Assembly: GCA_965655095.1 (NCBI GenBank) | Contig: OZ296654.1 | Span: forward strand, 76,880,001 to 76,944,000 | Length of the DNA: 64,000 nucleotides | Source of the DNA: Haplodiscus bocki | Taxonomy: Eukaryota | Reading direction: 5' to 3' | In this document: piece after piece, positions 1-9,350 of the stretch | Layout of the letters: each line of letters opens with the position of its first letter | Position numbering within the stretch: position 1 is the stretch's first letter | Position numbers and translations under genes: made by a program | The notes under the pieces: model-generated | Databases searched by the model: none | Told to the model about the DNA's origin: nothing | Seen by the model: the letters and a program-made list of their open reading frames with translations, nothing else

Positions 1-899
1 ATCGGCGATATTTTACGAGAGTAGTCCTGGCATACACCTATGTAATGAAAATGGATGCACCATTTCGCAATGGCTCATTTTGCGACCTCAATTAGAATTC
101 AACTATTGTGAATATACATGCCAAACGCTCTACTAATACTTGACAAACTGACATTGATACCTACAAACTTTACTCATTATGTCAAAGCAATTCGGCAGCA
201 GCGAATACTGAATTCGCCGGCAGCACTGAGGAAATTGACATCGAGCAGTAGTAGGTTCCAGGATTTCGCAATTAGTACCGATGGGAGATTGTGGCTCAAC
301 TTTTTGAAATTGCACCCGCAGTCGACAGGAGCACGGTTTCTCCGGATCGATTTTTTTTTCTTAAAAGTTTAAACACACTTTTAAAAACGATAGTATCCTT
401 TTGTCTCGTTGGCTCTGGTTCATGGATGGCCACTCCCATGCGACGCACCAAAGTGTTTCTTGGTTAAATCCCTCCAATAGGTGGCTATTCAAAGCACGGA
501 ATTAATAAAAATATATCTTCCGACCGCAATTGAAAATTTAATTCTTTGGACACATATTAAAAATTACTGCATTGCGCTGAAATCTGAAAATTATTTCAAG
601 GCACCGAATGGAGGAGTTTCTATTATTAATAAAAATTCTTCCACATTCTGACATACTGATATGCACGGTCCCCTTCATTTTTTCCATAAAATTAAAAAAA
701 TTGACTATTATTAGAAATAAGTAACACTAAAAGCTTTTCAACAAGGTTTTAGTTATTTGTAACTTTTGCAACAAATTGCCTTTGCCTACCAATATTTTTT
801 AATGTTACGTGACCCGGACATGAAAATTTCAAATTATTAATGCGGTCGCTACAACCTCTCCATTTTTTAACATTGGGTGGGGGCTCATTCCGGATTACC

Positions 900-1687
900 T
901 ATAATTCAGGATAATTTTCATATGCACTTCCACTTCTCTCAAGTCTCTTATCTCATGCCATATTGGAGGTTTTACACAACTAATTCAACCTTTGCACACA
1001 TTTATTGTACGCAAATTCGGGTGGCTGTTGAAAACAAATTTTAACAAAAATTTGACAATCAAGTTGATGAAACATTTTACCGAATCAACCGAAAGGATCT
1101 AGCTCTCAATAATCCATAAATTAACAGCGAAGATTGTAGAAATCATTCATCATGCGGCGTATGTTTCTGACTTGCAAAATGCTGTAGACATCACTTGTCA
1201 AACTAATTTTTGGAAACCGGAATTCGGAAACTTTTCTGTGAACAATTTAGGTGAAATGGAAATGGCTAGAATTGTTGTTTCCACCGCAGCTTTTATTCCT
1301 TCCTCGAAATTGTCTTCAATTTAGACATGGTGCGAATATATGCCGAGATTTTTTCGAATCAGTTCTCCAGAGTTCAAAAAAATTTGACGTATGTCAACTG
1401 GTTCTGATCTTCATAAAGGCCAAAACTGGAACAAAAATTCGATCGTCATGCAGTCTTAAAAGAGAAATCTTGGCGAAATGCTTTGAAAGTATCGTCGCAG
1501 AAAATCACTCCGGAATTTTTGAAAACTTCAAGCCGTCCTCGGTTGCATAAATAACACCATTGATTTCATCAACTTGTAACAAAAAACCTCTATTGGACGT
1601 TTTCCCACAACTTGTTTGCACAAGTCATCGTGCTGCCAACGTAACGTCCCCAGTTCTGAAAAAGCGAACCCGAACATTTTCTGCGAA
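900..1687 (-). pseudogene. Mutator/MULE-like DDE transposase remnant
   Basis: Minus-strand translation across frameshifts gives MULE-like motifs in the expected order: FLLQVDEINGVIYATEDGL, IFCDDTFK (1485-1505; cf. F.DGTFK), DNFEEGIKAA (1283-1315; cf. DFE.A), HFHFT*IVHRKV (cf. CxFHF.Q...RK), and RLN...PPIWHEI (about 950-990). Confidence 0.6.
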
Positions 1688-1696
1688 AGTAGTAGT

Positions 1697-1793
1697 CACA
1701 CATTCGAGGTACTATCCATGAGTTTTCTAATGCATAGCCTAATTGTTGACAAACTTATTAAATAGCTTCGGCTGTTTAATAAGTCAACTTCAG
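1697..1793 (+). other. Structured 5' leader, copy 1 (spliced-leader-like)
   Basis: Two hairpins: an imperfect stem at about 1707-1740, and a 14-bp stem (1753-1766 with 1771-1784) closed by a C(UUCG)G loop. Ends in CTTCAG 8 nt before the ORF1 ATG. Shared with 59472-59529 and 59853-59899. Confidence 0.75.
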
Positions 1794-1801
1794 ATCTTTC
1801 G

Positions 1802-2614
1802 ATGCCTCCAAAACGAGCAAAAGCGAGTGTCTCTGATGACAAAGCAAAACACTCAAGATGTGGCCAATGTGAGAAGGAAATAGCAGAGCACGTGGATCCT
1901 TGTATCATGTGCGATGAATGCAGCAGATGGTTCCATGGCGCCTGCGTGTCTCTTTCTTCCGAGGACATCAGGGTGCTGGGGAGGATATCAAACTGCCGCT
2001 GGTTCTGCGATTCTTGTCTTCCACAGACGAAAACAGTCGAGGAACTGGCCAAACAAACTCGAAAGCTAAGTTCCATTGTCAATGACTTACAAACCTCCAT
2101 TACGAAAATTCCGCCTATCGAACTGTCCGATAAAAAAGGAATACAAAATGTAGAAAAGGTATCTCCATCAAAAAAGATTGATGAATACCAATACGAGGTC
2201 CGAGTAAGTGGGATTCCAGAAAACAATGAAGCAAGTCGAATCAAACGTCAGTTCAAAGATAAAGAAGAAGTTGAGAACGTCTGCTCGTCAATCGGATGTA
2301 CATATCCGATTAAAGAATGCAGACGCATTGGGAAATTTGTTGATGGCAGAACCAGAAAACTGCTCGTTACCTTTAATTCTGTCTGGGATGCCAGAGCGCT
2401 GGTAGCAAAGGCTTCTGAAAAGGATTTGTACAAAAACTCACGTGTTCTAATCACGCCTGGCCTGTCAGAGGCAGACGTGAGAAAAGAACAAGTAGTATTG
2501 AAAAATCGATGGGAGTTAATGAATTCTGTAATAAGGAAAGAAGACCTTCGGATACACAAGTTCAGGCTTTACCAATCCACGTCTTCAGGCGAGATAGAGG
2601 TGAAGCTTGATTGA
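1802..2614 (+). CDS. LINE A ORF1: PHD finger, coiled coil and L1/CR1-type C-terminal domain
   Basis: Open 270-aa frame with CGQC...CIMCDECSRWFHGAC...WFCDSC (C4HC3 PHD), then VSGIPE and RRIGK...RKLLVTF motifs typical of CR1/L2 ORF1. Confidence 0.9.
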   Translation: MPPKRAKASVSDDKAKHSRCGQCEKEIAEHVDPCIMCDECSRWFHGACVSLSSEDIRVLGRISNCRWFCDSCLPQTKTVEELAKQTRKLSSIVNDLQTSITKIPPIELSDKKGIQNVEKVSPSKKIDEYQYEVRVSGIPENNEASRIKRQFKDKEEVENVCSSIGCTYPIKECRRIGKFVDGRTRKLLVTFNSVWDARALVAKASEKDLYKNSRVLITPGLSEADVRKEQVVLKNRWELMNSVIRKEDLRIHKFRLYQSTSSGEIEVKLD

Positions 2615-5432
2615 CAACCAACTCTCTGCAAATTATCATTGAAACTATTTTACCCAAATTCGCAAGGCCTTCTATCTCTTGAAAGACGACTGAAAGTTCT
2701 CAATAAATTTTTGTTGAGTACTTGTAGCTACCTGTTCGTTACTGAAACATGGTTCGATAGTCAAACAAGTTCAGTGGTTTTCCCCAACAACACTCCAGCT
2801 CAAATTTGCCGTTCCGATAGAAGCTTGGGAATACATGGTGGTACAGCAGTGTTTGGGTGGGATCCCAGCAAGTCTACTACGTTAACATCTCAGTTCGACT
2901 GTGGTTGCTCTACGGTAATTGAAGGTATTCTAAACTTGCTGATATACAACCCGCCAATTAGCAGTGAATACCGGATCTCTGATAACCGGCTAATGAATTT
3001 CATACAAGAATCTCTTCGGCAATACTCCTGGTCAACTGACGACAAAATATTTCTGATTGGCGACTTCAATTTTCCTGGATTTGATTGGTCATCTTTACCA
3101 TTCAATGATATTCCCAATTATCCTATTTTATCCTCCTTTCTATTGACAAACGGCTTTAACCAATATGTGGACATTGTTACTAACAAGTCTGGGAATACCC
3201 TGGACGTTTTTCTTTGTAACTTTCAAGTTTGTGTCTCCATCGAATCAGAGTTTTGTGACCACTCTGATCATGCTTTGCTACACTTCACACTCTCAACACA
3301 ACATTTACTCCCGGTCGATGGTATGATGCGTAATTCCAGAAGTAGGCTCGTCCTGAATCCAGAGAGGCTTGAGTATTTGAAACTCGATCTTTCAACCAGT
3401 GTTTTTTCTTTTCAAGATGCAACAGCTGATCTTTTCTATTCACAGAAATGGTTTCGGAATTTGCATCAGATATTGCTGGTTTATATGAAAAAGAAAAAAT
3501 TATATCGCCAGTCTTTACCAAATTATTTCTCGTCACATACGACTCACCTAATGAATTGCTTTTAACCCCGATGCGAAGGGAGTTTGTCAAATCGAAGTAC
3601 CTCGTGATTAAGAGAAATCTTTTGCAGTCAATTGAACTGGACACACAACTGTTCTTCGAAAACTTCCTCAAATTCAATACCAAAATGAACGATATTTTCA
3701 AACTTATCGAATCTCTTCGGATGGAAGATCAGTTCCCCAATGAAATGTTTCATAACAAAAACCAGTTTATTGGACCTTTGGAAATTGCGCAGGAATTCAA
3801 TACTTTCTTCATAAGTCAGTTCACACCATGCGATGGACAATACGGAGACTTCCATCCTTCTGTTCTGAACGAAATTGAATTCTCACTTGAAGAAGTCATT
3901 GAAACGCTTCTTCAAACAAGTGATGGTATGGGTTCTGACAACATGTCAGGCGCAACCATTCGGACAATTGCAACTCCATTGAGTGTACATTTTCTTGGCT
4001 TGGCAAGAAGTATCTTGGAAACTGCGAAATATCCTGATAACTGGAAATTGGTTGATGTAAAACCTCTGCATAAAAAACGAGCAAAGAACATTATATCCAA
4101 TTATCGGCCTGTTGCCAATCTCTCCAGGCTATCATTGAGCTTTGAGAAGCTTCTTTTCAAGCACCTATATAAATATATTGCACCGAAAATAAACTCTTCT
4201 CAGCATGGATTTATGAAGAACCGCTCAATAACTAGTCAACTGCTATTGCATTTAAAGTTACTACACGACTCTCTTGACATAGGCGAAGAAGTTTTTACAC
4301 AATATCTCGATTTCTGCAAGGCTTTCGATAAAGTGAATCATTACCTGCTAATTGAAAAATTAAAAAATTTCGGCAATGGTGGGAAACTTTTGCAACTTCT
4401 ATCATCCTATCTAGAAGATCGATCTCAGCGGACGGTAATAAATAACGTCTATTCCGAGTATTTGCCTATAAACAGTGGAGTTCCACAGGGTTCTGTGCTT
4501 GGGCCTCTGCTGTTTTTTGTTTTTATTAATGACCTTCCGGATGTGCTTGAAACCTCTATTGCTTATCTCTTTGCCGATGACACCAAAATTAACACTACAG
4601 ATCCAGCCTTGCTTCAGAATGATCTTCTTAGACTACATCAATGGTCCTTGGAAAAAAAATGCAGTTCAATTTCATCAAAACAAGTTTAATATGGTTCACA
4701 CTGAAGAGAAAGGACATTTAAGAACAACCTGTATGTGTTTTTGGCGGATAAAACATTTCTTTTACTCGAAAGCCAGTTGTTGATTTGGGAATAGGTTTTT
4801 GTTATAATCTGTCCTGGACTGAGCATATCAAGTCGAAAGTTTGTAAAGCTCATGGTAGATTCATCTCCATCGAACGAAACTTGCCAAACAATCTATCCAC
4901 CAGTCAGAAAGCTTCAGTATATGTTCTTTATTTAAGGCCCTTGATTTTATATGGAACCACTGTCTGGTTCGCAAACAGAACTAATTTGGAAAAGTGGGAA
5001 AGCAGAGTCACGCGTTGGATAACTTCATATGACACGTATAAAGAGCGTCTTATTCAAAGCAACATTCTGCCACTGTCTCTTCTGTTTCAGTTAGAGGATC
5101 TACTAACCTTCAACAAGGTTCTGAATGGAAAGCTTGGCCCTGAAGTTCGGTCCCTGATAGAGCCTTCTAAAGCACCTCAACAAAACCTCCGCGAAACTAG
5201 TTTTCTTCCTTTCAAACTCCAAAAAACAAAACTGAAACTGACAGATTCTAATTTCATCCATCGAGCAACGAGACTTGCGAACTTCGTTTCAATGAAACAC
5301 AATATAAATTTCTATGATCCATGTGAAAAAGTCAAACCCCCTTTCAAATCTCTTTTTTGGAATTATTTCCTTAATTCCTACGAAAGGAAATCATGTGCTT
5401 CTTTCATTCAATGCTATTGCTGTCATCTGTAA
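2615..5432 (+). pseudogene. LINE A ORF2: APE endonuclease plus reverse transcriptase, frameshifted
   Basis: TETW, HGG, YNPP, GDFNFP, GNTLD, SDH (APE); NYRPV, QHGF, YLDFCKAFD, GVPQGSVLGP, FADD (RT); Cys-rich C-terminus. Frame breaks near 3555, 4655 and 4750-4785. Confidence 0.92.
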
Positions 5433-5487
5433 ATAATTAAGTTATTGGTGTCTATTCATTTATGATTACTCATAATTTAAGTCTTTC

Positions 5488-5547
<60 letters not shown>
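5488..5547 (+). repeat. (AGT)20 microsatellite forming the LINE A 3' tail
   Basis: 20 perfect AGT units directly after the 3' UTR. Confidence 0.97.
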
Positions 5548-6900
5548 TTTCAAACACTCGGTCGTCTATTCTGTGTTTCAAGCCATCAGAACAGTTAGTT
5601 TTACTAATCCGTTGCAGTTTCCAGAGGTTAATATCAGTTGCCATGTACAGGGTTCCTCGAGGCTGTAGTTTTCCACCACTTTTCAGTACAAATTACTGAC
5701 AATATTCTTACTCTAAAAGCGCAACTCCACCCCAAGAACTTTGAGATTGGTGAATTTTTTCACTCTTACGTAGTTCTCTTCGGTCATTTGTAGTCTGGTC
5801 TTTAGCAGCAAAAACTCACCACGAGTTCCTTGTCGAGTTGTACTCTCGTTCAACTCAGATGAATTTAGCACATCAGCGTCGTGTTTTCCTTTCGGAAGTG
5901 ATACAAAAAACAGTCCTTTGTTCAACTAAGTTCAATAGAAGGGTAGCAATTCCAGTTGTTTCAGTTTCTCCTTATAGGTCTTCTTGTTGCCCATTATCCA
6001 GTTCGTAGCCCTTTTCAGCACAAGCTCGAGATCTCTCTGCTGTTCTGTATGGTGGCCAAGCCTGAAGGCCCTATACAAGGGGTTTGAACAACGTAGCCAG
6101 CACGCGCTTATAAGCGTGTGTTGAAAGTGCTCGTGTTGAAAAAAATTCCCTTCACTTGATGGGTGTTAATGCAGCTTCAATCGTTTTTGGTGACAGTTGT
6201 GCTTCCATAATTGGGTGCTGACTACAATCAACCGAGCTCCATCTGATTTAGTTGACATTCCATCTGTTCTTTGTTGATACAACGTCCTATGTTGCCTTCA
6301 ATTTTCAGTAAGTTGTATACAAGAACATGCAAAGTCATTTTGTTTTCATCCCACAATCTTCGGATGCTATTCAAACAGTCCTCTAAATGTTGCGGCAAGC
6401 TGGCTATAGTCTTGAAGTTATGCACATGGCCAAAACGGATACACACTTGTAGTGTTTCTGATAGGTCATTGACAAAAGAATTAGTCGACCTCGAACAAAT
6501 CCCTGATGAACCTCGTTTGTGACTATGCTCTTATCGGACTCCTGGCCTAATTTGGTGACCAACTGTTTCCGATTCGAGGACTAGGAGAAAAACAAGTTTC
6601 AGTAATTTCCCTGCAAGTCGTGAGTCTTCCGCTTTTCTGAATTGTCGGTCCTTTGGTACCTACTCAAAGGCTTTGGGAAAGTCTAAGCACAGCACGCTGA
6701 AACCCGGGAAGCAGGTTCGTCTGCCTTCCTTAAAAGGACGCCAAAGGAAGTTTTCAGTAGTAGAGTTACCGATCTCTATCTTCAAAAACCATACTGATAT
6801 GGATGCAGTCTTCCTTCTAGAAAGCCACGAAGGGGCTCGCTGTAAACTTTTTCAGATACTTCAGAGTTGGAGAGTAAGTTGATTGGCTTGTAGTTTTCAA
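5548..6900 (-). mobile_element. Decayed CR1/L2-type LINE (RT and C-terminal part)
   Basis: Minus-strand fragments CLDFPKAFE (about 6663-6689), LEDCLNSIRRLWDENKMTL, DLELVLKRATNWIMGNKKTYKEKLKQLELLP (5941-6033) and PCTWQL...GNCN (about 5610-5660). Confidence 0.75.
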
Positions 6901-7229
6901 TAGCTGTTCAATCGGCATCTTTCTTTACAAGGTTCAAGATTGCTATTTAACGAGGGGCTTTTTTGATCACCGCCTGGAAGAGCAATTTCTGTGTTTTAGT
7001 GAAAAATACCAGCAGCTTTTGAGGATCTTTTAGGGATTCCATTTGACCGTGGCTACTTTGTTTTCGTCAAGTTTCGACAGTTTTAGAGCATGATCCCTCA
7101 TTGTTGTTTTCCGAAAATTCAGCTCAGTCCCACTGCGTACTTGTCCTCGTTGTTCGTTGCTTGCACTCTCGACAAAGACACTTGAAAAAAGTTTGAAAGG
7201 CCATGGTTTTTTCTCGCTCGTATTTTTAA

Positions 7230-8160
7230 GCGTTTTGTGTCGCATGGTCACAAGAGTTGGAGGCCTGCTTCTTGTGCCAATTAGATAAACCTGGATTATA
7301 CTGAAACTTCGGTTCTGGAACACGTCCAATTCGACGCGGAGAAAGTGTCGGTCCATCTGAAACTGGATTTTATGCTCCATTTTTTCATCTTCAGCTCTTC
7401 GGACACAATGAAAAGCTTCCCGTTGCTCGTTAGTGTTAAACTTTTTTCCCTAGGTGTGAACTCTTTGGTTGCAGTGTCGCACGGTGTCTGGTTACATTCA
7501 GGATGTGAGTTTCGATTTTCTGCCACAAGCATTCAATCAATTGACCGAGCAAAAAGGTCACAATGCAATAGCAGAAATGTTTGGATACTGTCCTTAGCAA
7601 TGAGCTTTGCGGGCATTCTTTTTTCACAGTTTCCGCTCTTCAAAGGGAACTTGTAGCGTTTAACTTCAAAACTTTTTTTGGTGATGATGCAGAGGACTTT
7701 AGATGTGTATGCGAGAGAGTCTGAACGAGTTTTGTTGTTGAGGGTGTAATAGTCAGTCATCTCATTGTCTTCATCAGCTGTAATTGAATTTTGCTGGGCG
7801 TCAGTGAGAGACTTATCCAGTTAATGCTTTCCCTTTGCGAGGATCTTCTTGAAACCAATTTTCTGAAGCAAACATTGCAATGGGGCGTACGGAGGACATG
7901 TTTCCCTGATGTTTTGAGCGAAGATGAGCTCGCCAGTATTGACAATGAAAGTGGTTTCAAGATGTAGTTTCGGTTTAGTCATTTTAAAGACCAAACTCTC
8001 AGATTCGGTTGTCAACCAGGTGTATATTTCGTCTGTCGGTGGATTGTATGACAGCACAAAAGAAGTCAACATTGCTGCTTCTATTTTTCAGTGTCGAAAC
8101 TTCCCTAGGTGAAGTCCAAAATCAAACTTCGTGTTGGATTTTGTTTTTGATTAATATGGG
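7230..8160 (-). pseudogene. Possible Polinton-like minor capsid (penton) remnant
   Basis: Fragments TFLLLHCDLFARSID and FQNRSFSIIQVYL resemble Polinton penton motifs, and the segment lies next to an ATPase remnant. Motif resemblance only. Confidence 0.3.
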
Positions 8161-8705
8161 TGAATTTTTTCTTCCGTTTTCCGTCGGTCATGTCTGCGAA
8201 TGTCAAAACCTTTTGAAAAAACAACAACATCAGGGACATGTTTCTGTTAGACAGACGAGGTTGTGACTACTTACTTGATTACAATTCTATAATTTTCTTC
8301 GCCTTCCGAGATCAAGGATACATTTCACAGTGAAAATTACTGCTTCCTTGCGTGGCGTCCACAGCTCAATTACGAATCTAGTCATTTTTGACTAGTGGCA
8401 TTTTCAGTGGTCTCGTGGACGCTGTTCTTGCATCCTGGTGTTGAAGCAAAGTTTCCAATGTCTTTTTTTTGGTCTTGGCTTCACTCCCGATGTCGTTTTA
8501 CTTGCGCGTTGAAAATTTTGAAGTGAAATTTTTTCTCGGTGAGACTCCTTCACCTAGGATTTGGCGACGCAATTTGAGTGCATCGCTTTTTTTTGCGAGT
8601 CTTTCTCATCCAGCAGAAGGTTGATGAAATTGGGTTCTCAGATTCGGTGAATTATTTTCGGATTGGGCGAAGTATTGGTAATATTATTCGATTCACAAAA
8701 AATCT

Positions 8706-9350
8706 CATGTCAACATCAAAACTTTGGCGGCCTGGATTCTTGGTATTTGCTCACTTTGGCGGGCTTGGTTGACCTGGCTTCCGAAAATCTCCGAAAAACT
8801 GGGAAACCCTGAACCGCATCAACATCCCGTTGGAGGTTTTCATCCAGAGTTTTTTGTTGTTGTTTCGAGTATTCCGTTTATTCCAATCCTTTCTCATTTT
8901 TGTTGGACTTTTAACTGTACGACAACAATAACAGTTTCTTTCTAAACTAATCCAAATGATCTGGCGTAAAAACCTGATGTTTTCCATACATGTGTTCTTG
9001 TCTACGTACATACACTTAATCGCAGATTTTACACTAGCGGATTACCGGACAAGCTTGTTGTTTTTTTGATGATTTTGCGGTGCAAGATTTTTCACAGTAT
9101 ATTGGGCAATTGTGTTTTCCTTTTAATTTTTACTTGTTGTTCCAATCGAAACACTATTACGGCACAGGTGAAAAACATTGTCTTTTAGTTTCAAAGCTTC
9201 TGCGATGCAATTTGCATTGAGGAGCGCGCATTTCAGTTTCAGATGATTGTTTTTGTAACGCACAAGAATCAGCATAAATTGTTATCAGAGATTTTTCGGT
9301 TGCAACTGCTACAGCACTCTTTTTTAATCACCATGCTCTAGGACGCTCTG
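8706..9350 (+). pseudogene. Possible A32/FtsK-like packaging ATPase remnant (Polinton-like)
   Basis: Degenerate Walker A LG*PGFRKS (8764-8790) near a Met, and Walker B-like FFDD (9062-9073) about 95 codons downstream. Confidence 0.45.

Larger units (their letters stand above)
1697..5547 (+). mobile_element. LINE A: near-full-length CR1/L2-group non-LTR retrotransposon
   Basis: 5' leader, intact PHD-finger ORF1, APE endonuclease plus RT ORF2 with a few frameshifts, short 3' UTR with a small hairpin (5460-5475) and an (AGT)20 tail. AGTAGTAGT sits at the 5' junction (1688-1696). Confidence 0.93.

Noticed and set aside
118-480. Short ORFs and exon-like GC-richer patches at the window start
   Set aside because: No recognisable domain, and the splice sites could not be assembled consistently.
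1697-1793. Leader as an SL RNA gene, snRNA or self-cleaving ribozyme
   Set aside because: No GT donor or Sm site follows it, there is no U1/U2/U6 similarity I can recognise, and no hammerhead (CUGAUGA/GAAA) or HDV-like core is visible.
1696-2559. Minus-strand ORFs of 182 and 103 aa
   Set aside because: Antisense shadows of LINE A ORF1.
5462-5668. Poly-valine ORF
   Set aside because: It is the translation of the (GTA)n tail, not a protein.
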